Shown: positions 51,312-61,333 of the stretch, piece after piece
How the letters are laid out: each line of letters begins with the position of its first letter
Position numbering within the stretch: position 1 is the stretch's first letter
Source: an uncultured Aestuariivirga sp.
Lineage (GTDB): Bacteria; Pseudomonadota; Alphaproteobacteria; Rhizobiales; Aestuariivirgaceae
NCBI GenBank assembly: GCA_964244815.1
Contig: CAXTKH010000002.1
Span: forward strand, 10,437 to 74,436
Length of the DNA stretch: 64,000 nucleotides
Direction of reading: 5' to 3'
Translations under genes and position numbers: made by a program
Notes under the pieces: generated by a model
The model's database searches: none
Told to the model about the DNA's origin: nothing
Seen by the model: the letters and a program-made list of their open reading frames with translations, nothing else

Positions 51312-51968
51312 ATGATGGCATTGCAACTAGGTGATATTGCTCCAGATTTCGAAGCCGACACAACCGAAGGCCGCATCCACTTTCACGACTACATTGAAGG
51401 CTCTTGGGCCATGATTGTGTCTCATCCCAAAGATTTCACACCCGTTTGCACCACCGAGCTTGGCTCCATGGCAACTTTGAAACCAGAGTTCGACAAGCGC
51501 GGCGTGAAGATGATCGGTATCTCGGTTGATAGCGTCGATGACCACTTGCGCTGGAAGGGCGACATCAAGGATGTGACTGGTTCTGATGTGAATTACCCAA
51601 TGATTGGCGATAGCGATCTGACCGTCGCTAAACTCTATGGCATGATCCACCCAAATGCATCTGGCAACGCCAAGAGCCGCACCGCTGCTGACAACGCAAC
51701 GGTTCGCAATGTGATGATTGTTGGACCTGACAAAAAGATCAAATTGATTTTAACTTACCCGATGAGCACAGGCCGGAACTTCCACGAGATATTGCGCGTC
51801 ATCGACTCGTTGCAATTGACGGCAACCAAATCAGTAGCCACGCCTGCAAATTGGAAACAAGGCGAGGATGTGATTATTCTTGGCTCCGTTTCAGACGAAG
51901 CTGCAAAGGAAAAATTCCCGCAAGGTTGGAAAACGCTGAAACCTTATTTGCGCATTGTTAAACTCTAA
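51312..51968 (+). CDS. 1-Cys peroxiredoxin (Prx6-type)
   Basis: DFTPVCTTE peroxidatic site. The ATG at 51312 is preceded by AGGAGG. Confidence 0.92.
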   Translation: MMALQLGDIAPDFEADTTEGRIHFHDYIEGSWAMIVSHPKDFTPVCTTELGSMATLKPEFDKRGVKMIGISVDSVDDHLRWKGDIKDVTGSDVNYPMIGDSDLTVAKLYGMIHPNASGNAKSRTAADNATVRNVMIVGPDKKIKLILTYPMSTGRNFHEILRVIDSLQLTATKSVATPANWKQGEDVIILGSVSDEAAKEKFPQGWKTLKPYLRIVKL

Positions 51969-51992
51969 ACTTCGCCAATTCGAAAAATACTG

Positions 51993-52024
51993 AACCCTAG
52001 ATGCAGATCTGGGGTTTTTGTTTT
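51993..52024 (+). terminator. Rho-independent terminator of the peroxiredoxin gene
   Basis: 10-bp stem aaccctagat/atctggggtt (one G-U pair) with loop gcag, followed by TTTTTGTTTT. Confidence 0.75.
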
Positions 52025-52066
52025 CAGAGTCGTCATGTAGTGTCAAATGACAAAAGGACTTCGATT

Positions 52067-53227
52067 ATGCCCTTGCTCAACAATGCCCTCGAATTGCAAA
52101 CTGAAGCAACTGCATGGCGCAGACATTTGCACCAAATTCCTGAATTACAATATGACGTGATTGAGACTGCCAAATTCATAACCGCTAAACTGAAATCTTT
52201 TAACTGTGATGAGATCATGACTGGTCTAGGCCAATCTGGAATCGTTGCAATCATCCACGGCAAAAATGGCAAAGGTGATTGCATTGGCCTACGTGCTGAC
52301 ATGGACGCGCTGCCCATTACCGAAGCCACCAACTTACCCTATGCCTCCAAAATTGCTGGCAAGATGCATGCCTGCGGCCATGATGGGCACTCCGCAATGT
52401 TGCTTGGCGCTGCAAAGCATCTGGCTGAAACCCGTAATTTTTCTGGCTCTGTGGCGCTCATATTCCAGCCAGCTGAAGAAGGCGGTGCCGGTGCCAAGGC
52501 TATGATTGATGACGGAATGATGGACCGATTTAATATCAGCCGCGTATTTGGCATGCATAATCTGCCTGGATTAGCGCTCGGTTCATTCGCGTCGGGCGAT
52601 GGCGCTATCATGGCTGCAGCCGACAAATTTGATATCATCATCAAAGGCCGCGGTGGTCATGCCGCACTTCCGCATCAAACGCTTGATCCCGTTGTTGCTG
52701 GCTCACAGTTAGTCATTGCCCTACAAAACATCGTATCACGCAACACGGACCCTTTGGCATCACTCGTGATTTCAGTCACAAAATTTCAGGCAGGTGATGC
52801 CTACAATGTGATCCCACAACAAGCCAGCATTGCCGGAACTGTGCGCACGCTTCAGACGGAAATGCGCGACATTGCAGAGCGCCGCATCCGCGAAACAGCG
52901 CAAGGCATAGCGCTGGCAAGCGGTGTTCAAATTGAAATTCAATATAGCCGCTATTATCCAGTGACTTTCAATCACACCAAAGAAACCGAACTCGCCTTAT
53001 CAGTCGCGCGCGATGTAGCAGGCAAAGCCAAAGTTGATAGCAATATCCCGCCCACCATGGGCGCCGAAGATTTCTCATTTATGCTCGAAGAAAGACCAGG
53101 ATCATTTATTTTTATGGGCAATGGTGATAGCGCAGGCCTTCATCATCCTGAATACAATTTCAATGATGAAGCAATTTCGCATGGCGTAAGCTATTGGGTC
53201 CGTTTGGTGGAAACGGCGCTGGCCTAA
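52067..53227 (+). CDS. M20-family amidohydrolase (hippurate hydrolase / N-acyl-amino acid amidohydrolase-like)
   Basis: HACGHDGH metal-binding motif. The ATG at 52067 is preferred because the track start at 52001 lies inside the upstream terminator. Confidence 0.88.
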   Translation: MPLLNNALELQTEATAWRRHLHQIPELQYDVIETAKFITAKLKSFNCDEIMTGLGQSGIVAIIHGKNGKGDCIGLRADMDALPITEATNLPYASKIAGKMHACGHDGHSAMLLGAAKHLAETRNFSGSVALIFQPAEEGGAGAKAMIDDGMMDRFNISRVFGMHNLPGLALGSFASGDGAIMAAADKFDIIIKGRGGHAALPHQTLDPVVAGSQLVIALQNIVSRNTDPLASLVISVTKFQAGDAYNVIPQQASIAGTVRTLQTEMRDIAERRIRETAQGIALASGVQIEIQYSRYYPVTFNHTKETELALSVARDVAGKAKVDSNIPPTMGAEDFSFMLEERPGSFIFMGNGDSAGLHHPEYNFNDEAISHGVSYWVRLVETALA

Positions 53228-54693
53228 CTCCACCAATCTTTCGCGTTGAATTTACCCGCAGCCTGCTCGATCACATGCGCCGTCTGAAAAAGCGTTTCCT
53301 CGTCAAACGGCTTCCCGATCAACTGCAATCCCAGCGGCAAGCCTTCCGACGACAGCCCCGCAGGCACAGCAATACCCGGCAATCCCGCCATGTTCACAGT
53401 GACCGTGAAAATATCATTCAGATACATTTGAACTGGATCCGTAATTTCACCCGGCGCAAAGGCTGCACTTGGCGTTGCAGGAGTGAGCACCACGTCTACC
53501 TTGCTCCACGCCTTGTCAAAATCCTGTTTAATCAGTGTACGGACTTTTTGGGCTTTAACATAGTAAGCATCATAATAACCAGCCGACAGAACATAAGTGC
53601 CAATCATCACGCGGCGCTGCACTTCTTTGCCAAAACCTGCGGCGCGGGTTTTTTCGTAAGTATCAATCAGATCATCCCCCGATACACGCAGACCGTAACG
53701 CACACCATCGTAGCGCGCGAGGTTTGATGAGGCTTCAGCGGGCGCTACGATGTAATAGGCTGGAAGTGCATATTTTGTATGAGGCAGCGAGATCTCAACA
53801 ATCTCCGCGCCTTGCTCTTTCAACCATTGCGCGCCCTTATCCCAAACCGCATTGATTTCCGACGACAGACCATCAGGGCGATACTCTTTGGGAACTCCAA
53901 TACGGAGGCCCTTGATTGATTTGCCTATAGCCTTCTCATAATCCGGCACAGGCAAATCAACCGAAGTCGTATCCTTATCGTCCACCGATGCCATGGCTTT
54001 GAGCATGATCGCAGCATCGCGCACATCACGCGTAATTGGGCCAGCCTGATCAAGCGAAGATGCAAAAGCAATCGTACCCCACCGCGAAACCCGGCCGTAG
54101 GTTGGCTTGATGCCCACAGTGCCCGTGAATGCCGCCGGCTGGCGGATCGAGCCACCCGTGTCGGTGGCAGTAGCTGCCGCACAAATATGAGCAGCGACCG
54201 CAGTGGCCGACCCACCCGACGAACCGCCGGGAACCAAGGCGGCGTTCGAATTGTTGCGACGCCAAGGATTAGTCACGCCGCCATAATAACTGGTCTCATT
54301 TGATGAACCCATCGCAAATTCATCCATGTTGAGCTTGCCCAACATCACGGCACCTTCGTTCCACAAATTTTGCGTAACGGTGGATTCATAACCTGGCTTG
54401 AAACCATCCAAAATATGGCTGCAGGCTTGCGTGTGCACGCCTTTGGTAGCGAACAAATCCTTGATGCCAAGCGGTATGCCTTCGAGCGCACCGCCCTCGC
54501 CCTTGGCGAGCTTTGCGTCAGATGCCATGGCCATGGCGCGGGCTTGGTCTGGCGTTTCAGCAACATAGGCGCTGAGAATCTTGGCTTTTTCAATAGCCGC
54601 AATATAGCTATCGGTGAGCTCGACAGCCGAAATTTCGCGAGCCTTCAATTTGGTGCGGGCTTCAGCGATGGTAAGATTTGTAAGGTTGGTCAT
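53224..54693 (-). CDS. gatA: Asp-tRNA(Asn)/Glu-tRNA(Gln) amidotransferase subunit A
   Basis: Amidase signature GGSSGGSA. Confidence 0.96.
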   Translation of the reverse strand: MTNLTNLTIAEARTKLKAREISAVELTDSYIAAIEKAKILSAYVAETPDQARAMAMASDAKLAKGEGGALEGIPLGIKDLFATKGVHTQACSHILDGFKPGYESTVTQNLWNEGAVMLGKLNMDEFAMGSSNETSYYGGVTNPWRRNNSNAALVPGGSSGGSATAVAAHICAAATATDTGGSIRQPAAFTGTVGIKPTYGRVSRWGTIAFASSLDQAGPITRDVRDAAIMLKAMASVDDKDTTSVDLPVPDYEKAIGKSIKGLRIGVPKEYRPDGLSSEINAVWDKGAQWLKEQGAEIVEISLPHTKYALPAYYIVAPAEASSNLARYDGVRYGLRVSGDDLIDTYEKTRAAGFGKEVQRRVMIGTYVLSAGYYDAYYVKAQKVRTLIKQDFDKAWSKVDVVLTPATPSAAFAPGEITDPVQMYLNDIFTVTVNMAGLPGIAVPAGLSSEGLPLGLQLIGKPFDEETLFQTAHVIEQAAGKFNAKDWWS

Positions 54694-54977
54694 TCAACAA
54701 CTTTCGGCACCATGAAGAAATCATCTTCGCTGGCGGCTGCGTTCTGGGTGATGGCTTTTGGATAGTGACCGTCAGTCACCACATCTTTGCGCTTCTTCAT
54801 GCTCTGCTCGATAACCGAAGTGAGTGGCTGGATATTTTCCACATTAACTTCATTGAGTTGCTCAACAAAGTTGAGAATAACGTTCAACTCGCCAGCAAGC
54901 TTAGGCAGATCTTGATCCGCCACTTTTATACGCGCCAGACGCGCCACGCGCCGCACTGTTTTTTCATCAACCGACAT
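54690..54977 (-). CDS. gatC: Asp-tRNA(Asn)/Glu-tRNA(Gln) amidotransferase subunit C
   Basis: 95 aa, with [12 protein letters not shown] at the N-terminus. Overlaps gatA by 4 nt. Confidence 0.93.
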   Translation of the reverse strand: MSVDEKTVRRVARLARIKVADQDLPKLAGELNVILNFVEQLNEVNVENIQPLTSVIEQSMKKRKDVVTDGHYPKAITQNAAASEDDFFMVPKVVE

Positions 54978-55017
54978 GGACTATCCTTGATTTGATTGGC
55001 CGCTTCCTAGCAAGAGA

Positions 55018-55704
55018 TTAGCTTACCTGCAACTTGGCTTTCTGTTTGCCCTCAACATCAAAATTGGTAGGATCAAGCCATCGTTCAAAACCAGCCTTAA
55101 TCCGCGGCCATTCATTATCAATGATTGAAAACCAAGCGGTATCACGGCTGCGCCCTTTGACGATCATGTGCTGACGGAAAATGCCTTCAAATGTAAAGCC
55201 AAATCGTTTGGCTGATACGATAGATGGTGCGTTCAATGCATTGCACTTCCACTCAAACCGACGACAGCCAAGACTTTCGAAGGCGTGTTGCATAAACAAA
55301 TAAGTGGCTTCGGTGGAAGCGCGAGTTTGTTGCAAAGCTGGGGATATTAGAATATTGCCGATTTCGATTACCCCATGAGCAGGATCAGCACGCATGAAAG
55401 AACCCATGCCAAGCGCCTTGCCGTCAACCACATAAGCATAAAACCAAGGGTCACGTTTTGCTGCGCTTGACGCTAACCAATCTATAAAGGAATCTTCATC
55501 CGCAAACGGGCCCGAAAACAGATAGTCCCAAACCTCATCATGGCCATTTATGGCATTCCATAGATCTTGGCCATGCTGAGCTGGATTCAACGCTTCGAGT
55601 GCAACATAGCGGCCTTCAATGCTGCGCAAATCAGGCAACGTGCCTGGCGGCAGTGGATCAACGAAGGGGCCAATGGGGCGTTCAACCGGAGTTTCAATTT
55701 TCAT
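55018..55704 (-). CDS. GNAT-family N-acetyltransferase (RimJ/RimL-like)
   Basis: GNAT core (EIGNILISPALQQTRASTEATYLFMQHAFE..GCRRFEWKCNALNAPS). The start is uncertain (55704 or 55740). Confidence 0.8.
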   Translation of the reverse strand: MKIETPVERPIGPFVDPLPPGTLPDLRSIEGRYVALEALNPAQHGQDLWNAINGHDEVWDYLFSGPFADEDSFIDWLASSAAKRDPWFYAYVVDGKALGMGSFMRADPAHGVIEIGNILISPALQQTRASTEATYLFMQHAFESLGCRRFEWKCNALNAPSIVSAKRFGFTFEGIFRQHMIVKGRSRDTAWFSIIDNEWPRIKAGFERWLDPTNFDVEGKQKAKLQVS

Positions 55705-55755
55705 GAAACACTCAGTAACAACTGATCTAAGAACATTCAAAGGAAAAAGAAGAAT

Positions 55756-55934
55756 AGGTGCCGGCTCGGGCTATTGTAAACGAGGAGGCCACTCGATTCA
55801 CGGCCCGCGCCGGCGAGCCTGGCGAAATCAGGAGATGCGGCGGGCCTGATCCCGTAGGCTTTTCAAGAAAGGTGCTGGAGGAACGGCGCTTCGGTGCAGG
55901 AACCGCCGTTCCTCTTAGGTAATGCCCGGTGCCT
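55756..55934 (+). ncRNA. Candidate structured non-coding RNA (about 180 nt, family not identified)
   Basis: Closing helix aggtgccgg (55756-55764) / ccggtgcct (55926-55934), with two pairs that work only as G-U on the + strand. 12-bp hairpin at 55877-55915. Helix ggcccgc (55802-55808) / gcgggcc (55840-55846). The segment is GC-rich and lies in a 320-nt gap with no credible ORF. Confidence 0.3.
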
Positions 55935-56062
55935 TGGAGAAAGCTAACGGACGTATTCGAATTCATGTATAACTTTATGCATCTCAGGGCACAAAAAAGC
56001 CAGCGTAACCTATGGTAAACGCCGGCCGTTCTATTTTAACGATGAATCGTTAAGGTAAACAG

Positions 56063-56830
56063 TTAGACAATTTCATCCGGTACATTTGAAGGATCAGCGG
56101 CATCATCTGGCAAATGCATTTCTAATGGCAGTTGTTCTGTTCCATCAAGTGGCTCTTCATCCGCCGTCAACTCATCCGTCACGCGCGGCATCGGCACATC
56201 AAAGCCTGGTGGAATATTGCCGTCTAAAAGTCCAGCAGCTTTCAATTCATGCAGTCCAGGCAAATCTGTCAGCTCATTCAATCCGAAGTGACTGAGAAAT
56301 TCTGGGGTTGTGCCATAGGTCACAGGACGCCCGGGGGTCTTCCGCCTGCCCCGCATCCGCACCCAACCAATTTCCAAAAGATTATCAAGCGTACCTTTTG
56401 AAATCGCCACACCGCGAATGTCTTCAATCTCAGCGCGGGTTACGGGTTGATGATAAGCACAAATCGAAAGTGTTTCGAGCGCCGCTTTGCTCAATTTTTT
56501 CTGCTCAGTAGTTTCGCGACGTAAAATTGTGCTCATATCAGCTGCGGTGCGGAACGCCCATTTGCCAGATACTTGAACCAGATTGACGCCGCGATTTTCG
56601 TAGTTATTTTGCAGGTCAACAAGCAGACCTAAAATATCTGCGTCCTCAGCCAAAAACTCTTGGAATTTTTCAATTGCGATCGGTTCGGCAGAAGCAAACA
56701 ACATGGCTTCAATAATCCGCAAATTTTGACTGCGGTCTGCATGCGGATGCATGGTCACAACGGTCTCTTGCGGCTCGTCAGACATTTCAAGTTCACTTTC
56801 AACTGGCAAGGCATTTGCGTGCAAGATCAA
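56063..56830 (-). CDS. scpB: Segregation and condensation protein B
   Basis: ScpB winged-helix repeats (IIEAMLFASAEPI...). It overlaps scpA by 4 nt. The start is uncertain (TTG at 56830 or ATG at 56785). Confidence 0.9.
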   Translation of the reverse strand: MILHANALPVESELEMSDEPQETVVTMHPHADRSQNLRIIEAMLFASAEPIAIEKFQEFLAEDADILGLLVDLQNNYENRGVNLVQVSGKWAFRTAADMSTILRRETTEQKKLSKAALETLSICAYHQPVTRAEIEDIRGVAISKGTLDNLLEIGWVRMRGRRKTPGRPVTYGTTPEFLSHFGLNELTDLPGLHELKAAGLLDGNIPPGFDVPMPRVTDELTADEEPLDGTEQLPLEMHLPDDAADPSNVPDEIV

Positions 56831-57672
56831 TTTCCTTCAACTGCCGCCAAAACGCGGCGGCGCATGTATATGGGTTCAAACGCCTGTTCCTGGCGCATTT
56901 CAATACGCCCATCGCGAGCTAATTCAAGGCTTGCTGTGAAACTCGAAGCGCGCACAGATCTGCGTGTTTCGGGGCTCGACAAATACCGCTCCAGCCAGGT
57001 GTCAAATGCACCCCACTCATCCATTGTGCCAACAAGCCTCTCAAGGGCTTCACGCGCCTCTTTGATCGACCATGTCGGTTGGCGTTTCACTGTATAGGTC
57101 TGGCGCACCACTTTGCGCTGGCGACGGTCTGCATAGGCTTTCAATAGATCAATCAGATTGTCCGAATATTCGCGCTGCACGTCAACCACCAATGGCTGCG
57201 GGTCACCACGTTCAAATACTTGAACACCAAGCTGGGGCATCGCCATAATTCTTGCAGAAGCATCGCGCATTGCTGCCAAGCGCTGCAACCGGAATGCAAG
57301 GCGTGCCGCCATGTCTTGCGGCAATGCTTCATCAGTACTCGGCGGTGCAGGAATCAGCAATCGTGATTTGAGATAAGCAAGCCAGGCTGCCATCACCAGA
57401 TAATCTGCCGCCACATCGAGGCGCATTTTTTGTGCGCGCTCAATAAAACTGAGATATTGGTTGGCAAGTGCCAAAATTGAAACTTGCGCCAAATCAATTT
57501 TGTGCGCACGAGCCAATTCTAAAAGCAAATCCAGCGGGCCTTCAAAACCGCCTACATCGACAATCAACTCCGCAGCATCAGGTTCAGGCACAACGCGCAG
57601 CGGCGCTTGGCCATCAGGCCACGCGTCTTGCTGCATTGGTGTTTGTGCATCTGCCACAGTTTCAATCTCCAT
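56827..57672 (-). CDS. scpA: Segregation and condensation protein A
   Basis: FEGPLDLLLELARAHKIDL motif. Confidence 0.9.
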   Translation of the reverse strand: MEIETVADAQTPMQQDAWPDGQAPLRVVPEPDAAELIVDVGGFEGPLDLLLELARAHKIDLAQVSILALANQYLSFIERAQKMRLDVAADYLVMAAWLAYLKSRLLIPAPPSTDEALPQDMAARLAFRLQRLAAMRDASARIMAMPQLGVQVFERGDPQPLVVDVQREYSDNLIDLLKAYADRRQRKVVRQTYTVKRQPTWSIKEAREALERLVGTMDEWGAFDTWLERYLSSPETRRSVRASSFTASLELARDGRIEMRQEQAFEPIYMRRRVLAAVEGN

Positions 57673-57735
57673 CGCAAAGCTGTTTACGCAATTTGGCGTC
57701 GCGATTCGAATGTTATGGCAAGCTTATCCCCAGTT

Positions 57736-58752
57736 TCAAACGCTGAGAATGGCTTCCAAGTCGTTCAGAGCCTGCTTTTTATCATAAGGCAGGGGTTTTC
57801 GCTTTGCTTTGAGCGCAGTTTTTGCCCTTCGCATCGCTTTGCCTGCAAGCGGAACAGCAGCATCACCCACTTCTTCCATCTCACTTAATACACCATTACA
57901 ATGCAAAAGCATATCACAACCCGCAGCAAGTGCCATTTGAGCTTTCTCGGTGAATGTGCCTTGCAGTGCTTTCATCGACAAATCATCAGTCATCAACAAG
58001 CCTTCAAACCCAATCAGCTTGCGCACAACATTCTTGATAATCTTGCGCGATAATGTTGCGGGATAATCTTTATCAAGAGCTTCATAAATCACGTGAGCAG
58101 TCATCGCCATCGGACAGTCGGCGAACGAAACGAATGGTAGAAAATCAACTCTTTCAAGTTCCATGCGTGTTGCTTTGACCACTGGCAGATTATGATGGCT
58201 ATCAACTTCCGCGCGGCCATGGCCTGGAATATGCTTCATCACCGGCAATATGCCGCCTTCCATCAAGCCCACAGTGTGCATGCGAGACAGTGTCATTATT
58301 TGATCCGTGCGCATCGAGTAGGCGCGGCTTCCGATCACGTCATGAGCACCAGGTTGCGGCACGTCCAACACTGGCAGGCAACTAGATGTGATACCAATCT
58401 CGTACATATCATCAGCCATCAAACGGCCAACACTGCGTGCGGTGCGCAAAGCTAATGAAGCACACCGATCATATTGTTTTCCATATTCCATTGCTGCTGG
58501 ATATTTCCGCCAGTAATTTGACGGCGGACCTAACCGCTGAACGCGGCCACCTTCCTGGTCGATGAACACAGGAGCATCTTTACGCGCCACAGCGCTGCGA
58601 AATTGGGCTGTTAAATTTCGAATCTGGTCTGGGCTTTCGCAGTTCCGTTTGAAAACAATCAAACCCCACGGATTTGTTTTTTTGAAGAATTGTACTTCTT
58701 CTTGCGACAACGCAAGGCCAGCGCAACCGCTGATAAAAGACCGAATCGTCAT
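57736..58752 (-). CDS. nagZ: Beta-N-acetylhexosaminidase (GH3)
   Basis: GH3 motifs (IDQEGGRVQRL, KHIPGHG, MTDDLSM). Confidence 0.92.
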   Translation of the reverse strand: MTIRSFISGCAGLALSQEEVQFFKKTNPWGLIVFKRNCESPDQIRNLTAQFRSAVARKDAPVFIDQEGGRVQRLGPPSNYWRKYPAAMEYGKQYDRCASLALRTARSVGRLMADDMYEIGITSSCLPVLDVPQPGAHDVIGSRAYSMRTDQIMTLSRMHTVGLMEGGILPVMKHIPGHGRAEVDSHHNLPVVKATRMELERVDFLPFVSFADCPMAMTAHVIYEALDKDYPATLSRKIIKNVVRKLIGFEGLLMTDDLSMKALQGTFTEKAQMALAAGCDMLLHCNGVLSEMEEVGDAAVPLAGKAMRRAKTALKAKRKPLPYDKKQALNDLEAILSV

Positions 58753-58799
58753 GTTTGTCTGTCAAACTTTCAGTAATAAAAATCTAGTTGAAGCTAATA

Positions 58800-61316
58800 C
58801 TACTGCCTGTGTACTAGACAGTCTCTTTCACCAGCCGCAAAAAGCGACGAGCAAAGGTTGGAAGCGACATTTGATGTGGCCATCGGACCAATATTAAGGC
58901 GGTAGCGCGTACTTCCAGCCACTTGAGCCTGCTCGATAATCGGCGCATAGCGCTTGATGATTTCGCCGTGCTTAGCAACCAGGCGGCCATATTCCGCATT
59001 TGCTTCAGACTTGCTCTTGAACGACGCCAGCTGAGCAACGTAAGCGCCTGTCGGCGTCGCAGGCGCCGGCGCAACAATTTTCGGAGCCACTGCGGCCACC
59101 TGCTGAGTTGGCGCAGCTGTTTCTACAGCAGGAGCAGTTGCAACAGGCGACGTAACTGAAGACGTTGAATTTGCTGGCTCCGTTTTAAAGAGATCCAAAA
59201 GTGTCTTGCGTTTCTTGGGAACTTCTACAGGGGCAATTTCTGCATCAGCAATCTGCGTGCCCTGCCCAACTACTGAGTCTCCATACAGTCCGGAATCGCC
59301 TTGGGTGCTGGAATTCAATTTTCTAGTCGAAGAAACAGACTTGTTTTGTTGTGCTAACTTCGAAGGTGGCACCAAGACAACCGGTTTGGACCCCAATGAT
59401 TTCTCTGAACCCGCAAGTTTTTTTGGCTGAGCAATCTTAGGAATAATTTTTTTGTCCGGCACGATGGCAGCAGGTTCAGGTGGCGTGTCTGTAATCACCT
59501 CGGCAGCAGGTGTTGAAGTTTCCACTTTTGGAGTGATAGCTTCAGCGCCTGCTGCACTGGTCACAGCTGCTGTTTCAGGATTAACAGGAGTTCCAGGTAC
59601 CACCGGAAGCGCAACTGCTGCCGTGCTTTGGGCACCGGCAGCAGGAGTAATGATTGTCTCAGCAGTTTTAACTACATCTGTTTTACCAGAAGGATCAAGC
59701 GACCCCTGAGGTGCAGGCGCAGCGCCACCGCCGGGTGGCGGAGGCAGCGGAAGTGGCGTTCCGTCGCTACCAGTGCCCGCGCTTGGAGCTGGTACCGCTG
59801 GAGCAAGATCAACAGGTGCAGCATTATTGGAAGGTTGCACCGGTGTTTCCTCACTTGGCACCATTTGACCACCAGACACTTCACGGTCACCAACAATGCG
59901 GTCATAAATCAGCTTCTTCGAAGAATTTACCGCCTTGCCTGCCGCAGCGTTATCTGTTGCTGTTGCATCAGGCGCAGCTTTGGCTGGCTTTGCAGGAGCG
60001 GCCACTACAGGAACTTCGGTTTGAGTACCCGAAAGCTTTCCGCCGTTCTTGATGTAGTTGTTATAGCCCCACCAACCCAATAGCCCAGCCACAACAGCAA
60101 GACCAATCAATGATAGCAATATCAGCGGCGTATATGAACGCGGTTGTTCTTCTTCATAGCCAGTTTCAACCTCACGGTACGCTTGGCTATATTCATCAGC
60201 AGTGGCACGACGTGTTGGCCGCGGCGCTGGCTGTTCAAATATATCATCTTCTTCACCTTCGGCACGAGCAGCGGAGGCTGGTCGCGGAACAGGTGGTAGA
60301 TTTGGCCTTAAACTGCGCGCAGCATCGCTGCCAAAAGCCGAGGCAGGTGAATTAAATCCGGCTGCTGGCGAGCGTTGCTGTGGCACCTGAAGACGAGGAG
60401 GCGTTGGACCTGTCGTTTGCGGGAAAGGTTGCCGAGATTGCGGATTAAACGGCGGAGGTGGCGTATAGCCTGTGGCTGGATCAATTGGCCGATAAGCAGG
60501 TGGAGGGACAGGCGCATAACCCTGCGGAGGTTGCTGATAACCAGTTGGATATTGCGGCGTCTGTTGAGGAAAATAAGGTTGACCCGTGGGGTAAGCCGGG
60601 GCTTTCGGATACGCTTGTTGTGGTGCGGCTTGTGGCGGAGGTGGCGCAGCCCGAGCCGGCACGGCTTGCCCTCCACCAAGAGGTGGGCGTGGCGGTGCAA
60701 TCTGGTTTGAATAGCCATTCTGTGGTGCAGGATTTTGCGGGGCTGGGCGCTGCACTTGCGGAGCTGAACGTGATGCAGGTTGAGCAGTTGTTGCTGCAGG
60801 ACGTGCGGCAGATTTGGGCTCGTCGTCAGCGAATGTAAATTTGGGCTTTTCGCCGTTTCCATTAACATTAACATGAGTTGGAATTGCGGCCTCTGCCCTT
60901 TGCTTGGCAGCTGCCACACGCTGTTCCGCTAACTTTTCAGCAGCGTCGCGCTGAGCTTTCAATTTATTGGCCAATGCATCAGGCGATGTCGGTGCCGTGC
61001 GCGGCGTTGTTGGCACAACAGGCCTGGGTGCAGCTGCAGCGGGCCGTGCTGGCACAACACCCACTGGAGCTGCTGACGCTTGCGCAGCCACAGGCTTCGG
61101 CGCTGGCCGTGGAGCCATCGGCGCTGGTTTAACTGGTGGCGCAGCAGCTTTAGGCGCAGCCACAACAGGAGCCGGAACATCAGGCACTATTGTTCCGCGG
61201 AATTCACCTGCAACCTTTGGCAAATCCTTTGGTGCTACGGCGTTATCTTTCGTGCCAATGCCAAGGCGTTCGCGCCAATTGCGTTTATCAGTGCCACCCG
61301 TCGAATTTTGGTCCAT
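58800..61316 (-). CDS. SPOR domain-containing protein with a very long Pro/Ala-rich low-complexity region and one TM segment
   Basis: C-terminal SPOR domain (YVAQLASFKSKSEANAEY...YRLNIGPM) and a TM segment LILLSLIGLAVVAGLLGWW. The ATG at 61316 is preferred because the track start at 61388 overlaps argS. Confidence 0.8.
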   Translation of the reverse strand: MDQNSTGGTDKRNWRERLGIGTKDNAVAPKDLPKVAGEFRGTIVPDVPAPVVAAPKAAAPPVKPAPMAPRPAPKPVAAQASAAPVGVVPARPAAAAPRPVVPTTPRTAPTSPDALANKLKAQRDAAEKLAEQRVAAAKQRAEAAIPTHVNVNGNGEKPKFTFADDEPKSAARPAATTAQPASRSAPQVQRPAPQNPAPQNGYSNQIAPPRPPLGGGQAVPARAAPPPPQAAPQQAYPKAPAYPTGQPYFPQQTPQYPTGYQQPPQGYAPVPPPAYRPIDPATGYTPPPPFNPQSRQPFPQTTGPTPPRLQVPQQRSPAAGFNSPASAFGSDAARSLRPNLPPVPRPASAARAEGEEDDIFEQPAPRPTRRATADEYSQAYREVETGYEEEQPRSYTPLILLSLIGLAVVAGLLGWWGYNNYIKNGGKLSGTQTEVPVVAAPAKPAKAAPDATATDNAAAGKAVNSSKKLIYDRIVGDREVSGGQMVPSEETPVQPSNNAAPVDLAPAVPAPSAGTGSDGTPLPLPPPPGGGAAPAPQGSLDPSGKTDVVKTAETIITPAAGAQSTAAVALPVVPGTPVNPETAAVTSAAGAEAITPKVETSTPAAEVITDTPPEPAAIVPDKKIIPKIAQPKKLAGSEKSLGSKPVVLVPPSKLAQQNKSVSSTRKLNSSTQGDSGLYGDSVVGQGTQIADAEIAPVEVPKKRKTLLDLFKTEPANSTSSVTSPVATAPAVETAAPTQQVAAVAPKIVAPAPATPTGAYVAQLASFKSKSEANAEYGRLVAKHGEIIKRYAPIIEQAQVAGSTRYRLNIGPMATSNVASNLCSSLFAAGERDCLVHRQ

Positions 61317-61333
61317 TGTCACTTCATCCGTTG

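Noticed and set aside
53194-53727. Long antisense ORFs within conserved genes, including a 177-aa ORF opposite gatA. Similar cases are 62543-63181 opposite argS, 48061-48591 opposite the rhodanese gene and the 5' end of metZ, 37912-38385 opposite holB, and 40920-41402 opposite the HMA and XRE genes.
   Set aside because: Each lies opposite a confidently identified conserved gene and has no recognisable motifs. This is typical antisense ORF noise.
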